From Leucoraja erinacea (lineage: Eukaryota): a stretch of 64,000 nucleotides of DNA. How positions within the stretch are numbered: position 1 is the stretch's first letter; every line of letters begins with the position of its first letter. Location of the stretch: positions 23,560,001-23,624,000 of the forward strand of contig NC_073394.1 in the NCBI RefSeq assembly GCF_028641065.1. Reading direction: 5' to 3'. Below the pieces are notes generated by a model, which saw nothing but the letters and a program-made list of their open reading frames with translations, did no database searches and had not been told where the DNA came from. Both the position numbers and the translations under genes were made by a program. Below are positions 12,334 to 25,845 of this stretch, piece after piece.

Positions 12334-15029
12334 CTACAAAAACATTTATAACACAAAGTCAGCATTCTAACTTTATTAAATATGCTCTCAAATGCAAAAT
12401 CTTTCGCACATGAGAAAATAAGAATATTTAACGCGGCTCAATGCCTGAGATAACAGCATTTCAGATCTTCTACTTTGAAAACAGAACCACCAGCTGCCCC
12501 ATCAACTACACTCTTGCCTAATACCTGCTGCCAAAATGGAACTAACTGTTGAGTTATAAAGTTATCTCCAAGAATTTAGATGTAGTTTGCTCAAACCACC
12601 AGATCTCCTCAGATTAAGCTGGGGTGTCAGCTCCAGACATGGAGAACAGAGAGTATGGCTTTTATTACACCATTGCAATGTAATATTCTTGATATATCTT
12701 CAGGTGAAATGTGAAGAGTGCTTGCTTTTCTCTGTAATTCATGGCCAGCTAGCAAGGTCAAACATTTCTCCCCAATCTTATTAGTCTCACCACTGTGCAG
12801 ATAAAAAGAAAATACAGCAAAATAATAGATTAATAATAATTGTGAAGAAGTCTTTATCCAGAATCCAGGAAACAGAAAATACTACTTCTTGGCAATTGAA
12901 ATGTATTTATTTTTACTGCATGTTTACTCACTGTTCTGCCATGGAGTCAGATAGTCACAGTGTGGAAAAAGGCCCATTGGCCAAACTTTCCCTTGTCAAC
13001 CAAGAGGTCTCATTTATGCAAGTCCCACCTGCCTGCGTTTGGCCCATATTCCTCTAAACATTTTCTATCAGTGTACCTGTTCAAATGTGTTTTAAATGCT
13101 GTTATGGTACCTCCCTCAACTACTTTTCTAGCAGCTCATTCCATATACAAACCTCCCTCTTTATGAAAAAATTTGCCCCTCAGGTTCCTATTAATCTTAA
13201 TGTAATAAAAATGAATGGCAGATGCTGGTTTATAGCAAAGATATACACAACAAGCTGCAATAAGTCAGCGGGTCAAGCTCTCTGGAGAATATGGATAAAT
13301 ATGGGGAAATTTTGAGTCGGGACCCTGCTTCAGATTTTTCTATCTATGTGTCTATCCTATTAAATCATCCCTCCTCTCATCTTAAACTCCGCTCCAAAAT
13401 AAAGTCCCAGCCTGCCCAATCTCTTCCTATAGCTCAGGCCCTTGAGTCTTGGCGACATCCTCGTAAATCTTCTCTGCAATCTTTCTAGCTTGACAAAATC
13501 CATCCTGTAGCACTATGACCAAAACAAACCACAATACTCCAAATGCAGCCTCACCAATGTGTTGTACAACTGTAATATAATTTAAAAAATGGCAAATATT
13601 TTAAGGTCCTATCCTTCCACACAACTGTCTTTTTTCTGATGCTATAAGGCCTTGTGGTGATGGGGTGTTTGAATTTGATTTTAACTCTCAAAGTTAACTT
13701 TAAAGAATTGTGTTTAAAATTCTCCAAACCAAAACTGAAGAAAAATCCAACAAATGACAGAATAATGTCTGCTGTTATGAATTACTGATATTCCTCACTC
13801 CAGAAGTATCTGCTTTCTTTACTTTAACATGTTTTATAATTCCCTTTCCTGCCTCAGAAAAACACAAAATTGTTACCAACAAATCGTTCCATATCGAAAA
13901 TAAAAAATAGAAAAGTATAGCACAAGTTCTAACCTTTGGTCCACAATGTTTGTGCCTAACATGATGCCAAGATAAGATAATCTCATGTCTGCATGATTCA
14001 TATTCCTCCGTTCCCTGCATATCCATGTACCTATCATAAAGCCTCTTAGACGCCACTATTTGGATCTGCCTCCACCAACACTCCAAGCATTTTCATATCT
14101 TGACAAAACAGCCACGCAACAGCCTCAAGCTTTAAATTATTCAATTTAAGAAATGAAAAACAATCTATGCCGAAATCTAACTTGGATTCTGCCGTCTCCA
14201 GAACTACATTTTCTTCTAAACTCACAAGCTGATAGCAACCTCTTCAACCTGCTAAATTCAGCAAGCTCAAAACAGATTAAATGTTTCTTGGTGTCCATTT
14301 ATCAACTGCTCAGTAATACACTGAGTGCCTAATGAAGGCAAAAACACATGTACCTGATACTATCCACTTTCACCGTGGCAAACATAAATGTTTTATCTCC
14401 TGTTCCTTTCCTGTTCTACAAACAGAAAATTCTGTAAATTCTCAGCAGGTCTGGCAGCATCTGCAGAAAACAGTATTAATGTTTCTGGTCTATTTCTCTC
14501 TCCAAAGATGTTTCAGCTCTATTTTTCTCTCCAAAGATGTAACCTGACCTGAATATACCTATTATTTTCTATTTTTATTTAAGATTTCCAGCATCTGTAT
14601 TCTTTTGCCTTTCTTCAATGTTCTACAAGTTATTTAGAAACTTGCTTTATTAATTGATGAGCAAAGCCATTGGTGTTTGGTTTTATGAAAAAATTAAAAG
14701 AATTGTAAAATACACAGAATGTTGTCCTAAGGTACAATCCCCTGACTATTACCTCACAGCAGGACATTAGCAAGGACTTGTTAGTTCAACTCTCAACTTT
14801 TTGATAAAGTCATTATCCAAAATGGAAGGTGCTTCAGGTACTTGCAGTTTCTTTAATTCAACATTCATTTGGATTTGTATCCAACAAACAAAAAAGAAAT
14901 AGCTGAAGAAATAACTAAACTAATGTGACCTTTCAGAAGACATTTGATTTGCTTCCATATAAGAACCCGTTACCCAAAATAAAGCTCATGGCAAATTGTT
15001 CATCGTGTTAAAAGATAGAAATTGGGTTG

Positions 15030-15790
15030 ATGGAGAATATACTAAAATTGGTGCTCCCTTGAATTTGTGCTGGGTTTTCAAATGTTCATTACATTTTATA
15101 ATGGCCTACCTAAAACAATATTGAACATATTATTAAGTTTGCCAATGGTTGCAAAAGTAGGTGGCAAAGTAATGCTGACAGGAGCACAAAATTACGGAGA
15201 CATCAATAAAGTAACTGAATAGACAAAACTGTGGCAGATGGATTTTAAGTCCAAAGTAATTCTGAATATCTTTTAAATACCCAAAGAGATTTAGGGATTC
15301 AGACATAGAGGGTGTAATGAGGAAGAAATTTTGCTACAGCTAAACAAAGTTCTCGGGTAGACCACGTCTGGTACGCTGTGCGGAGTTCCATGCCCAGGAT
15401 TGCATAAAAGATAAATCACTACAGAACAGATTAATTGTAATGTTACTGACCAAAATCTGTATAGATGTTTTTTCAGGAGTGACTGAGTGAAGTTTTTAGG
15501 ATTTTGAAAGGCGGGTGGAAAGAAACAACTTCGGCTGAAGGAAAGTCGTCGATTTGGTGAGGCAACAAAGTCAGAAGCAGGCCATTCTGGAAGTCGAGGA
15601 ATACTTTCACACACAAAATGTCTTGAAAAAATGTGGTACCCTCACCCACAAAGAACAGTTAACAGTATTGGAACAGTAACTATATTAAAAAGTTTAACAG
15701 CCAAAGGTATGAAGGGATTATGAAACCAGGAAAGGTAAATAGAGTTGGGATACACATTATCCATTTTCTCAGTGAATGGTAGAATGGGTT
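15030..15790 (+). mobile_element. Old, degraded CR1 LINE 3' fragment
   Basis: Residual similarity to the CR1 RT C-terminus and 3' end seen in the younger copy at 43265-43850. Confidence 0.55.
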
Positions 15791-17175
15791 CATCCTTTGT
15801 TCTCACGATTATTTTGAAGGTAAAGTTATTTTGATTTATCTGTTAACAGAAAAAAATCAAGTCTTATTTTGGTATTTTTAGCTTTTAGTGCAGTACACCA
15901 TCGATGTCAGAAGGAGAATGCTTGTTAGGTCAGGAATCAGAAGTATGTGTACTGGGGTATTAGCATCGGCACCGCTATCTTTTCTCAACAGTCACCAAGC
16001 ATGTTCAGGACATGTGCATTATATGCATGTATTATGTGCATGTTTGACTATCCCAAAAGCGATCACATTTCTGCACATCTTCTCATAAGGTCGTAAATGG
16101 TGCCAAGTTGCAAAACTTCAAAACTATGTAAGTTTAAGGAAAGCAACTGGTTTGAGTCCTGGTTACTGACAATAGCTGTTCATTTCAAGGTAGTGAAGAT
16201 GCCTTCACTTGCCTTCAGAGAAACACTGGAATTTTTTAGCGCACCCTAAATACAGCAGATCAAAGATATTATGTTTCTCCCGCTGTGCACAATATCAGAA
16301 CTGGTAACAGCAGCACCAATTAACCCATTGACTGCAAAAATCACCTGAAAACTATCTGTAATTCATCTGCACAGTTGGAAATATGGTTTAATAAATAGAC
16401 GATAATTCCTTCAAAGGGGGATTTGCTCAGCATGCAAGGGAAGGTAATTTGCAGAGCAATAGGTCAAAAGCATGGAAATTACACTGTCTAGAGTATTCTA
16501 CAAAAAGCTGGGATAGACACAGTGGGGTGAATGGCTTCCTTCTGTGCAGCCGAGATTAAAGGAGACCAATGTGATAGAATAATCACATGAACGCTGAATG
16601 CAGCAAGCCTAAGAGACTTAATGTTCTTTGTGCACTCCAGGATTACCGGCTGGTTAATAATTACTAAAGTAAAAGTCAAGTACAACAAGGTTTTATATTT
16701 TAAAAACCCATAAATGATTTCAATTTGAAATATTAAAACAAAGCCAGAACTGTATTTGCTTCCTACTGCTGAACACGAGGTGATTAACAAATGCCACAAG
16801 TTAAATTCACAGAGAAATAGAACACGCTACTGCAAAGCACGGAGCGTTTCCTGAAATTGCAGTGCTGAGGATGTTGGCAAAATAGTTTCTGAATTAACCT
16901 CCATCTTCCAGATGACTCTGTCATCCCTTCATAGCTTAGCGAATGACATTTAGACAGCGTGGTACCACTTACAGAAAGTAACCCAGCAGTGGTTGATTGC
17001 TGTTGGATGGTCACCACAATTCGATCAAACAAAGGGGCAGACCTGTGCAAAGAAGTTATGGGAGTGAACATGTGAGCTAAGTCTTTGGGATATGATGTAT
17101 CAGCTCCCTTCAAAAGAGGTCATTTATATTGGACCTTCAACATCGAGATGCTTCACATGGAGTCTTTCTCCCAAG

Positions 17176-18187
17176 CAGTGCTTCCACAGCTCAACAAAAA
17201 AATTCCTGAAATAGAATCCCAAATTACCTGGAATTTGATGGTATTTCCTGACATTTTCAAAAGTGCTTCCTATGTGCTATTTGTTGTTGGTTTTTTTCCA
17301 TGGGCACATGTTAACAACACAAAGAAGAACAAGGCAAAACAGATCTATGTAATTACACCGTATCTGCCTGCTTCTGTTACTCACTAGTGTTATGCAAGGC
17401 AGCTTTCGTTGCTTCCAACAGCTTTCATTGTCTTAGTTTTTTTCAACCTGTTCTCATGTGGCATGTCTCATGCTCTAAGTCTCTGCTCGCTCTCTCTCTC
17501 CCTCCCTCCCTCGTTCCATCCCTCCCTTGCTCCGTCTCTCCCCATTTCCCTCCCTCCCCCCCCTCTCTTCCTTCCTCTTTCCCCCTTCCTTTTTTTCTCT
17601 CCCTCCCCCCTCTTATTCCTTCCCTCCCTTGCTCCCCCACCCTCCCCCTCTCCTTCTCTCCCCCTCTCTCCCTCCTCCCTCTCGGCCCCTTGAGCCCATC
17701 CACCGTTCTGCAAAATCAAGGCCAATCTCAATGTAACTGCAATCGCACCGCCCACTGGTAACTTTTCACCAAAGGCTTATCCAGAATTCTACCACTGCCT
17801 GAAAAATAATCAGGCTCAACTTCCACTGAGAAAGAGAATGCCAAAGACTCATTGTTATACGAGAATTTTCCCGAACAGTCTGTGACCCATAGCGTTTGTG
17901 GCCATAGCGCCATGTTTAAAGCCCATAGCGCAGCAGCCAGTAGTGCTATATTTAGAATCCATTGTGCTGCAGCCGACAGCTCTTTGTTTAAATTCCCATG
18001 TGTTAAAGTGACAATGCTCTGTTTAATCCTTTGAGCGCCAAACCGGCAGTGCTGTGTGTATTATCTTTACACCCCTTCGCGGTCCGGTTGCAGACATTTC
18101 CCGAAATTATTCAATTTCCCTAAAATGATCCGAAGACAACCAGAATTTCCCAAATTTCAGGTCATTTCCTTCAAAGAGGAAACACTG
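17176..18187. mobile_element. Non-autonomous hAT DNA transposon
   Basis: TIRs CAGTGCTTCC / GGAAACACTG and a perfect 8-bp TSD CTCCCAAG (17168-17175, 18188-18195); internal CT-rich tract at about 17480-17690. Confidence 0.9.
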
Positions 18188-19669
18188 CTCCCAAGAAACA
18201 TTTTAAGGCACATATAGGCAGAGATTTATATAAACAATTAACAGTAATTATGATTGGGAAGTGGCAGCAGAACACAATACAGAGGCTGCTGAGAGGTGAA
18301 TAAAGGTCATGCATGCATAGTCTTATCCTTTTCCGAAAAACATTTACCAAGATCTCCAAGCAGCAAAAATCAAGAAAGAGGGAGATCTTTGTAAATGTTT
18401 TTCGGGAAGTATTCTCTCGTGATTCAGTGTTTATTTCTCCCACATCTGGTTACATCTGAGCTAGAACCTCTATTTAGTTGAGGCTTTTTGTTAAAAATGT
18501 GAAAAGGCATTCTGAAAAAGTTCAAAGGCAAAACAGTTTTGTCACTAATTGGAGAAATGAGACAAGCATTTGACCACTCCTAACTTGGCAATGGCTCACC
18601 TAAGGAAGAACGCTGGAATCTGTTTTACTATCATCCTGCTTTTGTAATGTCATAGCGGCTCAAATATCGGGTAAAACATTTGATCTAGGTAGACTTGATT
18701 GAAACAAGACCCAATGAGAAGAACGAAGATAGACACAAAAAGTTGGAGTAACTAAGCGGGACAGGCAACATCTCTAGAGAGATGGATGGGTGACGTTTCG
18801 GGTCGAGACCCTTCTTCAGAGGACCTGGAACCAAGGAAGATTCTGGGGAAGGGCCAAAGTCACTGTCATCAGCCTCTAACTGAGAGTAATGGCCAACATT
18901 ACTTGTTCCCCAGGTGGCAATAATCTGACTCACCTTTGATCATTCAGCGACAGTTTGATAACAAATTGGAAACAATTATGGAAAAATTATATTATCTGCA
19001 TTGGAAAATTCGCAATTAAATAACTCGTTACTATTTTCTGCCTCTTGTAAGTTTTTAAGCTCCCACACCCAACACCAAAATAGCTTTAATTACAGAGTTG
19101 ATTTTTTTTTTTTTTTAAACATAAGAATATTATAACTACCTCAGTGTAATACTGTTTAGGATAAAATGGCCTGTTGTACTGATGAAATATTGGCCTTTAT
19201 AACCCGTCCATTTTATTTGAAAGCAATATATTTTTCTTGAAAGTTATTTATTTTCAAAAAATGTGGGTCAAGTTCAGTAATTTCCTACAGCTGAACCAAA
19301 TTGTCAATGTGAAATTGAAGGTAGGAACCAGCTTCCATAATTGTAGGGATGTTTTCTATTCAGGAAGGAGTACATTTACTGCTACTCCGACCAAATGAAA
19401 CGAGGCAAAGAATTCACTGTGAACTCAAGTTCCTCTGTAAGCATAACAATGAAAAACCAACTGGATGTGAATCTATTCTAATCCATTGTAATATCTACCC
19501 CTTCATTATAAAAATGCAAAATAAATTAGGACAAATAACAGAGTAAACAACGTTTGGATTCTAACAAAGTTAATTCTATTGCTTGTGTACGGTTTTCTCA
19601 GTGGTATTGTGACTCTATACAACATTTATTTAGGAAAATAGACCAAAATGTCACCTTATCTATTGAGTT

Positions 19670-19940
19670 ATTGAAAATTAGCCCTTCGGCCCACCGAGTC
19701 CCCGCCGACCACCCCGTACACCAGCACTATCCTACACACTAGGGACAATTTACAATCTTTACCAAAGCCAATTAATCGACAAACCTGAACATCTTTGAAG
19801 TGTGGGAGGACACCGGGGAAAACCCATGCAGTCAAGGGGAGAACGTACAAATCCCGTACAGACAGCAACGTAGTCAGGGTCGAACCTGGGTCTCTGGTGC
19901 TGTAAGATTGTAACTCTACCATTGCACCACCATGGCTCTT
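19670..19940 (-). mobile_element. tRNA-derived V-SINE-like element
   Basis: Minus strand has an A-box (GGTGCAATGG), a B-box (GGTTCGACCC) and the core ...GTACGTTCTCCCC..GCATGGGTTTTCCCC; related copies at about 40380-40600 (-), 40750-40910 (+), 44520-44680 (+), 56590-57115 (-). Confidence 0.8.
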
Positions 19941-22900
19941 GTGCAAGAGATATAAAAATTGCTTGATTAAAAATCTACATTTAGTAACACTTTACACTGG
20001 AAGAATTTCTGATTTGAATATTGTAAACAAACATTAATACGTCAAAGACACGAAGAAATGTAGATGTATGGTGTATTTCTAAACTTGAGATATGTGAACT
20101 TGGTCTGTATTTCCAGCGATTCAAATATAAGAAACTGCTTTCCATTGATTTTGGCATCAAATTATTTTTTCTCTCTTATTCAGATATGCAATCCATCTAT
20201 CCCTCCCAACAATTATGCTTTTTTTTTTACAATTAGTCTTCTTAGATCATGTTTCCTTTGTATTTTCCCCCCTCATCCTCTGGTCACCATTCTTCGTGTG
20301 GGGTTGCAAGTCACTAGACAATTTTAAATCGGACACATTTTAAATAATGTTTAAATCACTCTAAAGATGGGTTGGCAGCATGTCACTTTTTTGAAACAGC
20401 AAATTTTCATTGCACCTCAGAGTAATAATGACTCAAATACTCTTTCTGGTAGGAAAGGTCTTCCAGCATTATTTCATGAGTGACAGAACTTCCTATTAGA
20501 CAGCTTTACTTTCCTTCCATTACTTTTTTCCCCAAAATCTTTTCAGCTTCATGATCACAGTTACATCTAACGGAGGTCAGTATATGCATATATCCAACAC
20601 AATCTGTTGAATGTCACTTTAAGGAAATGCCATGTCAGCTTTCAAGTGCCTACGCACATTAATTCAAAAATAAACAACACTTTTCATTCATTCTTCTTGA
20701 ACCTATGCAAAATAAATGAAAGACATGAACATTTTGAGTATCCCGTTTTCATTCTGTGATGATGCTATTTTCATATCTATCAAATAGCCTGATGCCTGAC
20801 AAGATCTTTAATGTTTTCACATATGGTGAATCTTCTGATACTTTTCTGTACCCACAGGCAGGATTCAGATGAAAGCCTCACATGTATCATCCCATCATTT
20901 GCCCATCACCAGACTCCATTTTGTCTTAAACATTGTCTCTATTTTGTTGGTACTGGTTAATATAATCTGACCTTATTTTCTCCCTACTACAAACACACCA
21001 ATCTTAATTATCTTTATTTTTGCCTTAATTATCTTTCTTTAGTGCAGATATCAGAATGCAATTACACTCTGTCCTCTCTAGAAACTTAAGCTTTAATTTT
21101 AAATAGACTTTAAAACCCAGGTGTGGCAACAACTACATTTAGATTTGATTGTGCCTTGGAAATGTAATCGGAAGGAATTGTAATTGGCAAATGATTTATG
21201 AGAAGTGATTAGGGAAATAGATTTCAAAGAAATTATTGAAGATGGCAAAAAATGCGTGGGATTTTTCATTAATTCCAGAGTGCAAAGACTCTGCAAAGTT
21301 TATGAAGTGTCCACATGCGTGAGGATGCAGAAACCAACACAAGAGAACAGAGTTGAAAAACACAAGGAGCAAGTAGCATGGAAAGCTGCAGAGAGAAGAG
21401 GCAAAAGATTCATAAATGCAAAGAAGACTTTTTTTTAAATCACTTTGTTAGAGATGATATGCCACTGGACAAAGTGACAAGAAAACCACTAATTCGATTT
21501 ACCCCGGACTTAAGACACGAATGCAAGGGGCCAGACACGTTGCTAAACGGACAAGAAATCAGGAGGTCACCATTAGAGTGGTCAAAGTTGCCACTGATAA
21601 AGCCATTGGTTTAAGATTTTGACATTATTAAAGAACAAGTTCTGGCCGGCAGATGCTGGATGGGAAGACTCTCTTGGTTGAGGTGTGGAGGTTTGAAACC
21701 AGATTCAAAATAAAATATAACAGTAAGATCCTTTGTTGGATTTAGCCAGAGCAAAACATTAGAAAGGAAGGGAGGTTTGGGGATTTGAATGGGGTATTCC
21801 TGATGGGAGCCTAAGAGGGTGCTACACATGAAGATCATCCATGATGTAATGTCAGATAGCACAGCAACAGTAACAATGGAGGTGGTAAAACTGAGTATCG
21901 CTAGTGTACACATTAGATTTGATTGTTTAAGTATGTAGCTAAGAAAAGTTGGAAACTTGATAACAGGGTTGAGATGCTTTCAGAGCTACATAGCTCATAT
22001 ACCATCTAAGAGAATTTGAACATCAAAAAACTACCAGAACCTTTTATGAAACCAGAACCAGTCTTACTGTCTCTGACTACATTCTATCTCTGTCTCGCCC
22101 ACTCCCCTGACCTCAGTCTGAAGAAGGGACCCGACACAAAACGTCACCCAATCTTTCTCTCCAGAGATGCTGCCTGTCCTGCTGAGTTACTCCAGCATTT
22201 TGTGTCTACCTTTTATGAAAGATTTATCCATGGTAACCTAGCAGAATGTGATCAAACTGTGAGGTCAAAATCCAGCATTACTCTGTTCAATGAAAACTAA
22301 ATAGAAATTTGCTGACTCATTCGAAACAAAAATAGAGAAACCTTGATTTCAATGCTATTGTCTAAAAGAATGAGATGAGAAAATGTCCATAGAAAATTTA
22401 GAATAAACAGGATTCCAAGCCTAACAATTTCAAGTGAGTTACTGGCCAAGTACCTGCCTTTTAAATCAATAAGATTTTGCTCTCTAAAGTCCGACAGAGG
22501 TTTTCATACGTTTATTTATTCTATCACTGTGAACAATTAATGAGGATGGAGGATTTATCTGACTGGTGGGGATTTAATAACCTCACTGTTCATGTTTCAT
22601 TCAGATATGAAATGTCTTATGCCCTGTTATTGGAAATTTGCTGGATGTAAAATACAGTGTGAATAAAGGTGGGCCTTTCAATAACGTGTGATAGAGAAAG
22701 GTTCTGTGTTGAATTCTGGATTGAGGCTCTGTTGATTTAGCTCTCTGCACGCAATGTGCACACGATCATATGCATGTCAGCTGAGATCACAATGATGCTC
22801 CACCACAACGCATCTCCGGACCACAATCTCTGAGCTCCACAGGAGGTTCCCATCAGATTTGTGCATTAATCAAATCTTTGTCTGTATATAATTAACACTT

Positions 22901-23534
22901 TGATTTTCTTCACTTACGAGCAATGTTATTTATACCTTCATTACTCTATAGTAATAGAACAGACTCATTGTCACTGTTTGAGAACTGTAGGATATGGGTT
23001 CCTAAATACTTGTATGTAGAAAGTTCCTTAACTCAAATAAAATTATGATTTGTGCTCTTATTCAATATGAAGAATGGCTACCTGATTTAAATACCAACGG
23101 TTTGCCAATGTCCTGACAACTGAATGTTTTTAATGTCAATTTCTTTAAGACAGTGGGAGAACAAGAGGTACGGAAGTCCATTTTAATCAATAGCCCCTCG
23201 GAGAATGGGTAAAACTGATAGATAGATATTAAAAGGAAACTACTTTCCAAACTGAAATTATGCAGTAATTTTGTGGGACAAGAGTAGAATGTTCTTGGGT
23301 CACATCGTGTTTTCCAGTTACTATAATTTTGTAAATAGTTTTTTCCTTTCCACCAATTCAACAGTTTTCATATATCATTCCAAAAACAAGTTTCTTGAAT
23401 GAACAGGGTTGAATAATTCAAGATTGTGTCAGATACAAACAATTGCATGGTTATTTTTGGAGACACAAGAAACTGCAGATGCTGGAGGAACTCTCAGCAG
23501 ATCAAGCAGCATCCGTGGAGGGAATAGACAGATT

Positions 23535-24968
23535 TAGGCTGTGGGCCAAGCATCAAAAATGTCTAGAAATCAACTTTCGTGACCCATGTCTCGGAACTAC
23601 ATGATATTTTGCACAGATTTAGATAAAATATAATTGAGGAATCATAACTCGTCAGTGCCAAAAGTTGCACATTAATTAATTAAACTAATTAGAAAATGAG
23701 ATCAAAAAAGTAAGTGTCCAATGCCCATATTACACCATAGGGAGCCTATTTCCGTTTTGCAGTCTATTTAAACTATATATTATTATACCACCTATATATA
23801 TGACTTGTGAATATGACTTGTGAATTATGTATAATTATATTATATAAAAAATATAATTAATATAATTGTGTGCGTGTTTTGAATGAGACTGCCGCAGAGG
23901 TCTGGCTCCTCAACCAGCCTAATTAATGGGTGAGGACAGTTCTTCTGGGTTCCCCCGTTTACTGAAGCCCACAGACTGCCAGTGTGCAGAGTGGGGGGTC
24001 ACGGCCATAGTGGGACTGGGGCAGTGCCAGGCTGGAGGAAGGCTAAGGCATCTTCCACTGAGAGGAAAATGCCTAACCCTATACTAACCCTAACTCGCCC
24101 CTCCCTTCCAGAGCTGCCCACGGCTGGAGCTGGAGCCGCTTTGGGACTGGCTGCGGGCTCTGTACGTGTGGCCGCTGAGCGAGCCCACCTCGGCCAGCAT
24201 GCCCTTCTGGATCATCGTGGTGATGATGGTGGGGAACAGCACAGCTGTGCATGCCGCCCGGGCCGCCTTCAGCACCCCCATAGCTCCGGCTCCATCAGCC
24301 CGCCCTCTCACTCCCTGCAACACCGGCCGGCCGACAGTCCGACCAACCCCTCTTAGCACTCACGGCCTACCAACTGCCCGACTGACCCATCACAGCACTC
24401 ACCGGCCGTCCGACCACTCTCACCATTCACCGGCGGACCGACAGCCCGACCGATCCTTCACAGCATCTATCGGCCTACCGACAAACCCGACCGACTGACT
24501 GACCCTAACCCTGACCCTAAAGGTAATCCTAACCCTAGCTGTACATCTGTTATTTATCATTTTTATTTAACAGTTCACATCATAACTTTATAATGATAAA
24601 TTAATTGAAAAACAAAATGATCAACAATGTTAGCATTACCTTTATCCTTGGAAACCTTGTTATTGTTATTGATCTAATGAGGAGGCAGCCATGATCCCAG
24701 AGTCCTCGCTGCCTAGCGACCATAAAACAACGCGCGGGATTGGTCAATTTGCGCCTGACCTCAATGTCAAATGTGCATTGATTGGACAATTACTACTCGG
24801 AAAATTTGAAGTTTTTGTCATATTTAAACAAAATGTGCGTTTTTTGTTCTTGACGAGTTTCAGGTATGATTTATATAATATTTTTTACACACAATATGTT
24901 AAAAATTCAGGTGGTTCGGTGAGTTAGGTCACGAACCTGAACGAAAAAGCTCCTCAGCCCACAGCCTA
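23535..24968. mobile_element. Non-autonomous TIR DNA transposon
   Basis: TIRs TAGGCTGTGGGC...GCCCACAGCCTA, flanked by ATT on both sides (or read as a TA TSD); interrupts a Penelope-tail repeat; interior has CCGAC and CCTAAC repeats. Confidence 0.85.
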
Positions 24969-25249
24969 ATTACCTTTTTGGGTCGGGGCCCTTATTCAGA
25001 CTGACTGTTGGGTGGGGACGAGGGGAGTACGCTGGAAAGGAGAGATGGGGGTAGGATTAAGTCTGGTTAGTAATCGATGGATGGCTATTATTGTTATACT
25101 AAACTATAAAGGCGTGGAGCCAGGTTTCAAAAATTTTTAGTTAGCAAACCAATTTCAACTACAAGTGATAAAAATGTCAGAGGCCTTATTCTCCAGATTT
25201 GTGTGAAAAATTAGAAAGGTGTTTGGGTGCCCAAGAAGAAGTAGAAGAT

Positions 25250-25845
25250 TCACAAGAGGCCACAAAAGAATATTGAGGAAGAAGGGGACAGAGGGACTAT
25301 AAGGGAACAGACAAGAAATAAGAGTAAAATGGGAGCAAATAGAAATGTATGGAAAGGAGCATAAACTGAAGGGGGAGGGTATGCAGAGTGGGGCGTGTGG
25401 GTAGAGGTGACAGGAAGTGGGGCATGCTGGCAAGGCTGAAAGGAGGATAAAGAAAGAGGACAAGCTGAAAAAGGTATAGGGTGAATGAGAGAATGAAAGA
25501 GAAAGATTTCATGGAGCAATGCAGGGAAATGGGGGGAAGAAGGAAGTGATAAGGCATGAAAAAAAAACAGCTGGGACGAAACATGAACATCAGAGTAGTT
25601 GATATGGAAAAAAATTGGGAAAGGAATACTGATGAAGAATTTGGAATTGAGGGGAGGCTATAAAAGTGATAGAGCGGAAAGTGGAAGTAAGATAGGATAG
25701 TGAGCGGGAAAGAATGAATGGGAAAGGATAAAGGGCAGGACCAGGAAAGAAAGAAGGAAACAGGGACGCAGCAGAAAGGGATGAGAAAAGCAGGAGATAA
25801 ATGAGAAAGACAAATCCGTGGGGAGGAAAGCAGGTCTAGAGAAAT
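25250..25845. repeat. Purine-rich (GA) low-complexity tract
   Basis: About 600 bp almost free of C on the plus strand; it is a pyrimidine-rich tract in the cpsf7 pre-mRNA. Confidence 0.8.

Noticed and set aside
17387-17761. Cluster of overlapping P/S/L- and G/R/E-rich ORFs
   Set aside because: Produced by the CT low-complexity tract inside the hAT element.
19880-19940. tRNA gene
   Set aside because: The A/B boxes belong to a SINE head. No complete cloverleaf is present, and it continues into the SINE core.
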